Shown here in pieces: positions 9,951-18,882 of a stretch of 32,000 bases of DNA. The position numbers and the translations under genes were made by a program. Position 1 is the first letter of the stretch; the number at the start of each line of letters is the position of its first letter. The stretch lies in assembly GCF_014251775.1 (NCBI RefSeq), contig NZ_CP059199.1, positions 60,001 to 92,000 on the forward strand, given 5' to 3'. The notes beneath the pieces were generated by a model, which saw only the letters and a program-made list of their open reading frames with translations, was not told the origin of the DNA and ran no database searches. This stretch comes from Candidatus Saccharimonadota bacterium (lineage in GTDB: Bacteria; Bacteroidota; Bacteroidia; Flavobacteriales; Blattabacteriaceae).

Positions 9951-11096
9951 TAATGATAATGCTTGATTTAAATCATTTATTAAATCTTCAACATCTTCTA
10001 TTCCTACTGATAAACGTATAAGAGAATCTTGTATTCCCGATTTTTTTCTAATATTTGAAGGTGTAGATTTATGTGTCATAGTGGCAGGATGACAAATTAA
10101 ACTTTTTGTTCCACCTAAACTTTCTGCTAATTTAAATAACTTAGTCGAAGTTACTATTTTTTTTGCATGTTCAACGGTATCATTAATCAAACTAAATGAT
10201 ATAATTCCCCCAAAATATTTTTGTTGTTTTAATGCTATCAAATGATTTTTATGATTAGATAGTCCAGGATAATATACTTTATCAATAGAATTATTTTTAT
10301 TTTCATTTAAAAATGATGCTATTTTTAATGCATTTTTAGATTGTTTTTTTACTCTTAAAAATAATGTTTGGCTTCCTCTTATAGTTAACCAACAATCCAT
10401 TGGAGCTAATACTCCACCAGTGGCATTTTGAATATATTTTAAATTTTCATATAATTCTTTATTTTTAACTGTGATCAATCCAGCTAAAACATCAGAATGA
10501 CCAGCTAAATATTTAGTAGCACTATGAATTACTATATCTGCTCCTAACTTAATAGGATTCTGAATAACAGGAGAAGCAAAAGTATTATCTACTACAATTA
10601 GTATATTGGGATTAAATTTTTTAGATTTTTCACATATTTCTTTTATATCAGATACTTTTAAAGTAGGATTAGTTGGAGTTTCTATCCATATTAATTTAGT
10701 TTTTTTGGAAAAAAATAAATTTAATTTTTCTGAATTAGTCATATCTAAATATTTAGTATTTATCCCTAATTTTTTATACAGGTTAAATAACCGGAAAGTC
10801 CCTCCATAAATATCATCTATAGCTAATATTTCATCATCATATTTAAGTAATTTTAAAACTGCATCAATTGAGGATAATCCAGAAGAAAAAGCTAAACTAT
10901 TATATCCATATTCTAATTTTGTAATTAATTTTTCTAATATTTTTCTTGTGGGGTTGTTAGTTCTTGTATAATCAAATCCTTTATGAATTCCTGGAGCTTC
11001 TTGTACATAAGTAGAAGTTTGATAAATAGGAGTGGATATTGCTCCTGTAAGTGGATCAGATAAAATACTTTGAATTATTTTTGTTTCTTCCTTCAT
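9945..11096 (-). CDS. Cys/Met-metabolism PLP-dependent enzyme (cystathionine beta-lyase / gamma-synthase / gamma-lyase family)
   Basis: 383-aa ORF with family motifs YTRTNNPT and DNTFASP and the PLP-lysine segment HSATKYLAGHSD. The subfamily (MetC, MetB or CGL) cannot be resolved by eye. Confidence 0.85.
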   Translation of the reverse strand: MKEETKIIQSILSDPLTGAISTPIYQTSTYVQEAPGIHKGFDYTRTNNPTRKILEKLITKLEYGYNSLAFSSGLSSIDAVLKLLKYDDEILAIDDIYGGTFRLFNLYKKLGINTKYLDMTNSEKLNLFFSKKTKLIWIETPTNPTLKVSDIKEICEKSKKFNPNILIVVDNTFASPVIQNPIKLGADIVIHSATKYLAGHSDVLAGLITVKNKELYENLKYIQNATGGVLAPMDCWLTIRGSQTLFLRVKKQSKNALKIASFLNENKNNSIDKVYYPGLSNHKNHLIALKQQKYFGGIISFSLINDTVEHAKKIVTSTKLFKLAESLGGTKSLICHPATMTHKSTPSNIRKKSGIQDSLIRLSVGIEDVEDLINDLNQALSLL

Positions 11097-11229
11097 AATA
11101 ACCTTGACTTGAATAAATATATCCCATATATTTATTCTATATAATACAAATTTACTTCATTCAATACAATAACAAAACGAAAAAAAATAAAACTTTAATA
11201 AATAATTTATCTTTATTTTTAAAAATAAA

Positions 11230-11237
11230 TAAATTTG
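11230..11237 (+). promoter_or_regulatory. Candidate Bacteroidota -7 promoter box (TAnnTTTG) upstream of atpB
   Basis: TAAATTTG exactly matches the TAnnTTTG consensus, 42 nt upstream of the atpB ATG in the 182-bp divergent spacer. No clear -33 TTTG partner is present, and in this base composition the motif is fairly likely to occur by chance. Confidence 0.25.
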
Positions 11238-11278
11238 TTATATTATTTTTTTATTTAAATAATATCTAATATCATAGA

Positions 11279-12334
11279 ATGATTTTAAGATTAATATTGT
11301 CTATTATATCCTTTGTTTTATTATTTAATAATGATTTATTTCAGAAAAAAAAGAATAATAAAAATGATTCATTAAACATATCTAATATTATTTTTAACCA
11401 TGTAAATGATTCACATGAATGGAAATTTATAAAAAAAAATAAAATTAATATTAGCATACCATTACCAATTATTATTTGGAATAATGGATTAGAATTTTTT
11501 TTATCATATGATTTAATGAATGGAAAAACTGTAAAAGGAAAAAATGGATATTATATAATGTTTCGAGAAAATATATATCAGACAAATTCTTTAGGAAAAT
11601 TATACTTTGATAATAAAGGAAATACTATAAATGATAAACCATTAGATTTTTCTATTACCAAAAATACTATTTCTACTTTTATATCTTTTATTTTATTAAT
11701 ATTTTTTCTTACAAAAATGGGAAAAAACTATAATTATTCTCTAACAAAAGAAAATAATATTTGTAAATTATGGATATTAGTAGAATATATAATTCTCTTT
11801 ATAAGAGATGAAGTCGCTATTCCCTATATAGGAAAAAATACTTATAAAAAGTATTTATCATTTTTATTATCATCATTTTTTTTTATATTAGTCAATAATT
11901 TAATGGGAATTATACCAGGATTTCCAAATGTAACAGGAAATATAAATACAACTTTAGTATTAGCAACTATAACATTTTTTATAACTATTTTAAATAGTAA
12001 AAAAAGTTTTTGGAAACATATTTTTTGGATGCCAGGTGTTCCTATAGGAATTAAAATATTATTGGCCCCCATAGAATTAATAGGAATTTTTATTCGTCCA
12101 TTAACTTTATGTATTAGATTATTTGCTAATATTTTAGCTGGACATATAATTGTTTTAAGTTTTATTTGTCTTATTTTTATATTTAAAAATATTTTTATTA
12201 TAGGATTTTCTGTAATTTTTGGTTTTTTTATTTCTTTGTTAGAAGTTATGGTAGCATTTTTACAATCTTTTATTTTTACAACTTTATCTGCATTGATAAT
12301 AGGAAATTCTATAAAAAAATATAAAATACATTAA
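11279..12334 (+). CDS. atpB: F0F1 ATP synthase subunit a
   Basis: 351-aa ORF with the long N-terminal extension (HVNDSHEW) seen in Bacteroidota a-subunits. It carries the essential-Arg helix LCIRLFANILAGH and is first in the atpBEFHAG block. Confidence 0.92.
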   Translation: MILRLILSIISFVLLFNNDLFQKKKNNKNDSLNISNIIFNHVNDSHEWKFIKKNKINISIPLPIIIWNNGLEFFLSYDLMNGKTVKGKNGYYIMFRENIYQTNSLGKLYFDNKGNTINDKPLDFSITKNTISTFISFILLIFFLTKMGKNYNYSLTKENNICKLWILVEYIILFIRDEVAIPYIGKNTYKKYLSFLLSSFFFILVNNLMGIIPGFPNVTGNINTTLVLATITFFITILNSKKSFWKHIFWMPGVPIGIKILLAPIELIGIFIRPLTLCIRLFANILAGHIIVLSFICLIFIFKNIFIIGFSVIFGFFISLLEVMVAFLQSFIFTTLSALIIGNSIKKYKIH

Positions 12335-12350
12335 ACAATATTAAAATATT

Positions 12351-12578
12351 ATGAATACAGATTTAATATATTCAGGAATAGCTGCTTTAGGAGCTGGAAT
12401 TGCCGTTATTGGAGCGGGATTAGGAATTGGAAAAATTGGGAGTTCTGCTATGGAAGCAATTGCTAGACAACCTGAATCTTCAGAAAAAGTACAAAATGCA
12501 ATGATTATTTCTGCAGCACTTATTGAAGGTGCTGCTTTATTTGGAATAGTTACTGCATTATTAGCAGTTTTAAAATAA
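12351..12578 (+). CDS. atpE: F0F1 ATP synthase subunit c
   Basis: 75-aa Gly/Ala-rich hairpin protein with the RQPE loop and the proton-carrying Glu in AALIEGAALFG. Confidence 0.95.
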   Translation: MNTDLIYSGIAALGAGIAVIGAGLGIGKIGSSAMEAIARQPESSEKVQNAMIISAALIEGAALFGIVTALLAVLK

Positions 12579-12590
12579 ATAAAAAAATAC

Positions 12591-13076
12591 ATGGATTTAA
12601 TTTCCCCATCTATTGGATTAATATTTTGGAATACAATAATATTCTTAATGTTAATATTATTTTTATCCAAATTCGCTTGGAATCCAATTATAAAATTTAT
12701 AGAAAAAAGAGAAAACAAAATCAAAGATTCTATAAAAAAAGCTCATAAAATAGAAATTGAATTGAAAAATGTAAAAATCAAAAAGAATAAAATTTTAGAA
12801 GAAGCTCGTAAGAAAAAAGAATTAATTTTAGAAAAAGCATTAATAATTGGAGAAGAAATCCGATCCAAAGCTAAAAAAGATGGCATATTACAACAAAAAA
12901 AAATTTTAGATAATACAAAAAAAATGATTGATTTTGAACAAAAAAAATCAATTCAATTATTTAAAAATCAAATAAAAAATATATCTATTGATATAGCTGA
13001 AAAAATATTAAAAAAAGAATTGCATAATAACTTTGAACAAGAAAATTTTATAAAAGATCTAATTACTAAAGAATAA
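12591..13076 (+). CDS. atpF: F0F1 ATP synthase subunit b
   Basis: 161-aa ORF with one N-terminal TM helix followed by a long charged Lys/Glu-rich helix. It sits between atpE and atpH. Confidence 0.88.
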   Translation: MDLISPSIGLIFWNTIIFLMLILFLSKFAWNPIIKFIEKRENKIKDSIKKAHKIEIELKNVKIKKNKILEEARKKKELILEKALIIGEEIRSKAKKDGILQQKKILDNTKKMIDFEQKKSIQLFKNQIKNISIDIAEKILKKELHNNFEQENFIKDLITKE

Positions 13077-13091
13077 ATTAATAAAATAATT

Positions 13092-13607
13092 ATGATTTTC
13101 TACAAAAAAATAATTGAACATTATGCGATGATTCTTTTTAAAGAAAATGAAAAAAGAAAAGATTTTAAATATAAAACAATAAAAAATATATATAATCTAT
13201 TATGTAAGAATTACTATTTAATGGAATTATTATATAATCCATTATTAAATAATAATATTAAAATACAAATTATAAAAGAAATATTTTTTGATATATTTTT
13301 ATTTAATTTCATGAAAATTTTAATATTAAAAAATAGATTTTTTTTATTAAAAAGAATATTATTAGAATATATAAATATATATGATAAAAAAATAAAAAAT
13401 ATAATAAAATGTATTATAATTACCGCTGTTCCTATAAGCGAGGATTTACAAAAAATGATATCAAAAAAAATAATTCCTAATCAAGAAAAATTCCATATAA
13501 TTAATCGTATAGATAATTCTATTATTGGAGGATTTATATTCATGACAGAATATAAAGAATGGAATTTTAGCATTAAAAAAAATTTGATTTTATTAAAAAA
13601 AAAATAA
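13092..13607 (+). CDS. atpH: F0F1 ATP synthase subunit delta (OSCP)
   Basis: 171-aa ORF in the expected position and of the expected size. The sequence is strongly diverged, but the C-terminal [10 protein letters not shown] resembles the conserved delta-subunit D.sliGG motif. Confidence 0.8.
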   Translation: MIFYKKIIEHYAMILFKENEKRKDFKYKTIKNIYNLLCKNYYLMELLYNPLLNNNIKIQIIKEIFFDIFLFNFMKILILKNRFFLLKRILLEYINIYDKKIKNIIKCIIITAVPISEDLQKMISKKIIPNQEKFHIINRIDNSIIGGFIFMTEYKEWNFSIKKNLILLKKK

Positions 13608-13608
13608 A

Positions 13609-15189
13609 ATGTCGGAAATAAAATTCTCTGAAATATCATCAATATTAAAAAAACAATTATCCGATTTTAAATTTCAATCAAAATTATCTGAATACGGAAT
13701 TGTAGTTCAGGTAGGAGATGGAATTATTAGAGCTTTTGGTTTAAACTTAGTTTTTTATGGAGAAATAGTAGAGTTTGAAAATCAAGAAAAAGGAATTGTG
13801 TTAAATCTTGATGAAGATCATGTAAGCATTGTATTGCTTAGTCTTTCTAAGAAAATAAAAGAAGGTGATTTTGTAAGAAGAACCAAAAAAAATTTTACTA
13901 TAAAAGTAGGAGAAGGTTTGTTTGGCCGTGTAATTAATGCATTAGGTGATCCCATTGATGGAAAAGGATCAATAAAAGGAAAATTATTTGAAATGCCTGT
14001 AGAAAGAAAAGCTCCTGAAGTAATTTATAGAGAACCAGTAAAAGAACCATTGCAAACCGGAATAAAATTCATAGATTCAATGATTCCTATAGGAAAAGGA
14101 CAAAGAGAATTAATTATTGGTGATCGACAAACTGGAAAAACTACTATAGCTATTGATACTATTATTAATCAAAGAAGATTTAATAAAGAAAACCCTGTTT
14201 ATTGTATATATGTATCTATTGGTCAAAAAGGATCTACGATAGCAAGGATAAAAAAAATATTGGAAGAAAAAAATGCTATGTCTTATACAGTTATAGTAGC
14301 TGCCACTTCGTATGATTCAGCATCAATGCAAGTATATGCTGCTTTTTCTGGGACTTCTATTGGGGAATATTTTAGAGATACTGGACGATCGTCTTTAATT
14401 GTATATGATGATTTATCAAAACAAGCTGTTTCTTATAGAGAAATATCTTTATTATTACGTAGACCACCAGGAAGAGATGCATATCCAGGAGATATATTTT
14501 ATTTGCATTCTCGTTTATTAGAACGTTCTTCTAAAATTATAAGAGATAATAATATGGCTAATAATATGAACGACATTCCAAAATCTATAAAAAAATATGT
14601 TAAAGGTGGAGGATCACTTACAGCTTTACCAATTATAGAAACCCAATTTGGAGATATATCCTCTTATATTCCTACTAATGTAATATCTATTACAGATGGA
14701 CAAATTTTTTTAGAAAAAGATTTATTTAATTCAGGCATTCGGCCAGCAATTAATGAAAGTATATCCGTTTCTCGTGTTGGAGGTTCAGCTCAAATTAATT
14801 CTATGAGGAAAATATCTGGAACCTTAAAATTGGATCAAGCTCAATTTAGAGAGTTAGAATCATTTTCTAAGTTCGGATCAGAATTAGATTCTAATACTAT
14901 GAATCTATTAAAAAAAGGAAAAATCAATATAGAGATTTTAAAACAACCTCCTTATAGTCCATATGAAATATCAAATCAAATCGCTATTATATATATTGGG
15001 ACTCAATACATCTTAAAAGATGTACCTATTTATAAAATTTCTTTTTTTGAAAAAAAATTTTTGGATTTTTTAAATACAAAACATAAAAAGTTATTGGAAT
15101 CTTTAAAAGATGGAATTTTTAATGAAAAAATATCTACAGTATTAAAAAATACTGCTAAAAAAATAATAAAAAAAGAAAATCTTAATTAA
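13609..15189 (+). CDS. atpA: F0F1 ATP synthase subunit alpha
   Basis: 526-aa ORF with Walker [35 protein letters not shown] and ITDGQIFLE. Confidence 0.97.
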   Translation: MSEIKFSEISSILKKQLSDFKFQSKLSEYGIVVQVGDGIIRAFGLNLVFYGEIVEFENQEKGIVLNLDEDHVSIVLLSLSKKIKEGDFVRRTKKNFTIKVGEGLFGRVINALGDPIDGKGSIKGKLFEMPVERKAPEVIYREPVKEPLQTGIKFIDSMIPIGKGQRELIIGDRQTGKTTIAIDTIINQRRFNKENPVYCIYVSIGQKGSTIARIKKILEEKNAMSYTVIVAATSYDSASMQVYAAFSGTSIGEYFRDTGRSSLIVYDDLSKQAVSYREISLLLRRPPGRDAYPGDIFYLHSRLLERSSKIIRDNNMANNMNDIPKSIKKYVKGGGSLTALPIIETQFGDISSYIPTNVISITDGQIFLEKDLFNSGIRPAINESISVSRVGGSAQINSMRKISGTLKLDQAQFRELESFSKFGSELDSNTMNLLKKGKINIEILKQPPYSPYEISNQIAIIYIGTQYILKDVPIYKISFFEKKFLDFLNTKHKKLLESLKDGIFNEKISTVLKNTAKKIIKKENLN

Positions 15190-15217
15190 GATTAACTAAT
15201 ATTTAGTAGTTACATTA

Positions 15218-16078
15218 ATGTCAAATATAAAAGAAATTAAAAAAAAAATATTTTCAATTAATTCAGTTATAAAAACAACAGAAGCAATGAAAATGATATC
15301 TATATCTAAATTGAGAAAATTTAAAGATAAATTTTATCATATTTTAGATTATATGAATTATATGGAGTGGATTTTTATAGATTTAATATCTAAAATTGAA
15401 AAAAATAATATTTTTTTTTATGATTCTAAAAAAAATTGTATTAATAAAAAATTATTTATTTTATTTACATCTAATAAAGGACTTTGTGGATCATTTAATT
15501 CTTTAATTTTTAATCAAATTAAAGAATTAAATATTGATATCAATAAAAAAAATTATTTATTTTTTTCTATAGGAAATAAAGGAAGAATTTTTTTAAAAAA
15601 AAAAAAATATTGTATTTGGAATAATAACTTTTCTTTTGAAGAAAATCCTAAACAATTTATAAAAAAATTAATTAAAGATTTCTTAAACAAAGAATTTAAT
15701 TCAGTATATTTAATTCATCATATTTTCAAAAAAACTTTTAGTCAAGAAATTATTTTTAATAAAATTCTTCCTATCCCTAATAAAATTATTGATTCTAATC
15801 AAAATAAAAAACAACTAAAAATACAACCTATTTTAGAATCTACTATTAAAGATATTTTGAATTATTTTATTCCTTTATTTTTAGAAGTAAAATTCAAAAA
15901 AATTTTTATAGAATCTCTATCTTCTGAAAATACATCTCGTATGATTTCAATGCATCAAGCTACAGATAATGCATATAGTATCAAGAACAATTTAATATTA
16001 CATTATAATAAAAGTAGACAAAATATTATAACCAAAGAAATACTTGAAATTATAAGCGGATTAGAATCAATAAAATAA
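15218..16078 (+). CDS. atpG: F0F1 ATP synthase subunit gamma
   Basis: 286-aa ORF with N-terminal IKKKIFSINSVIKTTEAMKMIS and C-terminal NKSRQNIITKEILEIISG helices typical of gamma. It contains an in-frame A13 tract. Confidence 0.9.
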   Translation: MSNIKEIKKKIFSINSVIKTTEAMKMISISKLRKFKDKFYHILDYMNYMEWIFIDLISKIEKNNIFFYDSKKNCINKKLFILFTSNKGLCGSFNSLIFNQIKELNIDINKKNYLFFSIGNKGRIFLKKKKYCIWNNNFSFEENPKQFIKKLIKDFLNKEFNSVYLIHHIFKKTFSQEIIFNKILPIPNKIIDSNQNKKQLKIQPILESTIKDILNYFIPLFLEVKFKKIFIESLSSENTSRMISMHQATDNAYSIKNNLILHYNKSRQNIITKEILEIISGLESIK

Positions 16079-16080
16079 AT

Positions 16081-17070
16081 ATGACTATAAAAAATATTCT
16101 AACAGGAATTAGAAGTACAGGAGTTCCTCATTTAGGAAATATTTTAAGTGTTATTATTCCATCTGTAAAAATTTCTACTAATAACAATCAAAAAAATTCA
16201 TTATTTATATTTATAGCAGATTTGCATTCTTTAATTGAAACAGATAATATCCCATATATAAAAGAAAATGTTTATCAAATAGCTGCGGCTTGGCTCGCTT
16301 TTGGATTAAATACAGATAATTGTCTATTCTATAGACAATCTGATATTCCAGAAGTTACCGAATTAGCTTGGTATTTAGGATGTTTTTTCCCCTATAACAG
16401 ACTTTTATTATCTCATTCTTTTAAAGAAAAAAAAAATAAACAAATAAATTTAGGATTATTTACTTATCCTATATTAATGGCAGCGGATATTTTACTTTAT
16501 GATGCTAACATTATTCCAGTAGGAAAAGATCAAATTCAACATATTGAGATTACCAGACGGATAGCTAATTTTTTTAATAAAAAAATTAAAAAGAAAATAT
16601 TTACATTACCTAATCCTCTTTTACATAAGAAAAATATGCTAGTTATAGGAACAGATGGAACAAAAATGAGTAAATCAAAAAATAATTGTATTAATATATT
16701 TTCTTCAAATGAAATTTTAAAAAAACAAGTTATGAAAATTCATACTGATAATAAATCTTTACAAGAAAAAAAAAATCCAGAAAAAGATTATATAATTTCT
16801 TTATATAAATTAATAGCACCTGTGAATAAGGTTAAAGAAATGGAAAATAAATATTTAATAGGAAAATATGGATATTTTGAAGCTAAAATGACTTTATATG
16901 ATTTTATTATAAAAAAATTTTCAAAAGAAAGAGAAAAGTTTTTGTTTTATATAAATAATAAAAATTTTTTAGATAAAATTTTATTTTTAGGTGCTCAAAA
17001 AGCAAAAATTATAGCTAAAAAAAAGTTAAATTTTATAAGAAAAAATTTAAATTTTAATACTTATCAATAA
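16081..17070 (+). CDS. trpS: Tryptophan--tRNA ligase
   Basis: 329-aa ORF with GVPHLGN (HIGH-like), YPILMAADILLY, GKDQIQHIE and KMSKS. It starts 2 nt after the atpG stop. Confidence 0.93.
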   Translation: MTIKNILTGIRSTGVPHLGNILSVIIPSVKISTNNNQKNSLFIFIADLHSLIETDNIPYIKENVYQIAAAWLAFGLNTDNCLFYRQSDIPEVTELAWYLGCFFPYNRLLLSHSFKEKKNKQINLGLFTYPILMAADILLYDANIIPVGKDQIQHIEITRRIANFFNKKIKKKIFTLPNPLLHKKNMLVIGTDGTKMSKSKNNCINIFSSNEILKKQVMKIHTDNKSLQEKKNPEKDYIISLYKLIAPVNKVKEMENKYLIGKYGYFEAKMTLYDFIIKKFSKEREKFLFYINNKNFLDKILFLGAQKAKIIAKKKLNFIRKNLNFNTYQ

Positions 17071-17167
17071 TGATAAGTTATCTGAATATAAAATTGGAAA
17101 AAATTTTTCTAATTTTATTTGATTAAATATTAAATAATAAAGAAAAGAAGTAAATACTTTATATATT

Positions 17168-17704
17168 ATGAGTGATAATATCAATGAAATAAATATCGAT
17201 AAAGATAAAAATCTTTCTTCTTCTGATTCTAAAAAAAAAATTTTGGAAAATAATCAAGAAAAAAAAATATTGAAGGATCAATTAGAAAAAGAAAAAGATA
17301 AATTTTTGCGTCTTTTTGCTGAATTTGAAAATTATAAAAAACGTATAAAAAAAGAAAAATTTGATATTTTTGAGGTTATTCACGAACAAATTATTATTGA
17401 GTTAATTCCAATTTTAGATGATTTTGATAGAGGATTAAAAGAATTAAAAAAATCTAAAGATAAAATTATTTTAAAAGGAATTTCATTAATACAAGAAAAA
17501 TTGATAAAAATTTTAAAACAAAAAGGATTAAAGAAAATAGAAGTAAAAAAAGGAGATGAATTTAATACTGATTTTCATGAAGCAATTACACAAATCCCTG
17601 CTATTAAAGATAATTTAAAAGGTAAAATAATAGATATTGTGGAAGATGGATATCTTCTAAAAGAAAAAGTAATACGACACGCAAAAGTTATTACTGGAAA
17701 ATAA
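17168..17704 (+). CDS. grpE: Nucleotide exchange factor GrpE
   Basis: 178-aa ORF with RLFAEFENYKKR, FDRGL, FNTDFHEA and a C-terminal beta-domain (GYLLKEKVIRHAKV). Confidence 0.92.
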   Translation: MSDNINEINIDKDKNLSSSDSKKKILENNQEKKILKDQLEKEKDKFLRLFAEFENYKKRIKKEKFDIFEVIHEQIIIELIPILDDFDRGLKELKKSKDKIILKGISLIQEKLIKILKQKGLKKIEVKKGDEFNTDFHEAITQIPAIKDNLKGKIIDIVEDGYLLKEKVIRHAKVITGK

Positions 17705-17722
17705 CAAAAATAATTTTTTATA

Positions 17723-18835
17723 ATGAAAAAAGATTATTACGAAATACTAGGAGTATCCAGAAATGCTACACCAGAAGAAATAAAGAAATCTTATAGAAGA
17801 TTAGCAATAAAATATCATCCAGATAAAAATTTACATGATAAAAAAAATGCAGAAGAAAAATTTAAAGAAGCTGCTGAAGCATATGAAGTTTTAGGAAATC
17901 CTGAAAAAAGATCTCGTTATGATAAATTTGGGCACTCTGGAGTAAGAAATAGTGCTGGTGGAAGTATGAATATGGAAGATATATTTTCAAATTTTGGAGA
18001 TATTTTTTCCGATGCATTTGGAGATGGTTTTTCTAGTTTTGGATTTGGCCGATCATCTAGTCAAAAAACAATTAAAGGAAGTAATTTAAGGATTAGAGTA
18101 AAATTAACATTAGAAGAAATAGCAAATGGAATAGAAAAAAAAGTTAAAGTAAAAATATTAAAAATGGCTAAAGGAACAAGAATAAAAATTTGTTCCTCAT
18201 GTAATGGGACTGGTCATATAGTACGTGTAACTAATACTATATTAGGGAGAATGCAGACTTCTTCTCAATGTAATACATGTCATGGAACTGGAAAAAGTAT
18301 AGAAAATATTCCTTATGGAGCTAATAGATATGGATTAATTAAAAAAGAAGAATTAGTTAATATCAAGATACCTGCAGGATTAACAGAGGGAATTCAACTA
18401 AAAGTACCTGAAAAAGGAAATGATGCACCATTTGGTGGTGTACCGGGAGATTTAATTGTATTAATAGAAGAAATTCCTCATAAAGAATTAAAAAGAGAAG
18501 GAAATAATTTACATTATGATTTATATATTTCCTTTTCAGATGCGATATTAGGAACTATCAAAGAAGTTCCTACTATTAATGGAAAAGCTAGAATAAAAAT
18601 AAATCCAGGAACACAATCAGGAAATACTCTAAGATTAAAAAATAAAGGATTACCTAATATAGAAGGATATGGAAATGGAAGTTTATTAATCCATATTAAC
18701 GTATGGACTCCTAAAAAAATTAATGAAGAACAAAGAGAATTTTTTGAAAAAATGAGAAAAAACGAAAATTTTATTCCGCATCCAAAAAATTCAGAAAAAT
18801 CTTTTTTTGATAGAATGAAAGAAATGTTCTCTTAA
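17723..18835 (+). CDS. dnaJ: Molecular chaperone DnaJ (atypical: only two CxxCxGxG zinc-finger motifs)
   Basis: 370-aa ORF with a J-domain ([14 protein letters not shown]), a G/F-rich linker and C-terminal substrate-binding domains. Its only four Cys residues form CSSCNGTG and CNTCHGTG. Confidence 0.93.
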   Translation: MKKDYYEILGVSRNATPEEIKKSYRRLAIKYHPDKNLHDKKNAEEKFKEAAEAYEVLGNPEKRSRYDKFGHSGVRNSAGGSMNMEDIFSNFGDIFSDAFGDGFSSFGFGRSSSQKTIKGSNLRIRVKLTLEEIANGIEKKVKVKILKMAKGTRIKICSSCNGTGHIVRVTNTILGRMQTSSQCNTCHGTGKSIENIPYGANRYGLIKKEELVNIKIPAGLTEGIQLKVPEKGNDAPFGGVPGDLIVLIEEIPHKELKREGNNLHYDLYISFSDAILGTIKEVPTINGKARIKINPGTQSGNTLRLKNKGLPNIEGYGNGSLLIHINVWTPKKINEEQREFFEKMRKNENFIPHPKNSEKSFFDRMKEMFS

Positions 18836-18882
18836 TATTATCTTAAAAAAGATAATTTTAATTTATTAACAATCAAAAAATT

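Noticed and set aside
12341-12724. 127-aa ORF on the minus strand covering all of atpE and the start of atpF
   Set aside because: It lies antisense to the highly conserved c-subunit gene. The Gly/Ala codon-rich stretch (GCN/GGN) simply lacks stop codons on the opposite strand. The translated product is low-complexity, has no recognisable motif, and has no independent upstream spacer or start context.
17059-17078. 8-bp hairpin ACTTATCA-ATAA-TGATAAGT spanning the trpS stop codon, considered as an intrinsic terminator
   Set aside because: The stem is AT-rich with only one G-C pair, and no U-tract follows directly. By my rough estimate, dozens of perfect 8-bp inverted repeats are expected per 32 kb in this base composition, so its position alone is insufficient.
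18837-18856. 8-bp hairpin ATTATCTT-AAAA-AAGATAAT just after the dnaJ stop, followed by the T-rich TTTAATTTATT, considered as a terminator
   Set aside because: The same statistical problem applies: a single G-C pair in the stem, and such repeats are common by chance in AT-rich DNA. It is plausible but not supportable as a feature without transcript 3'-end data.
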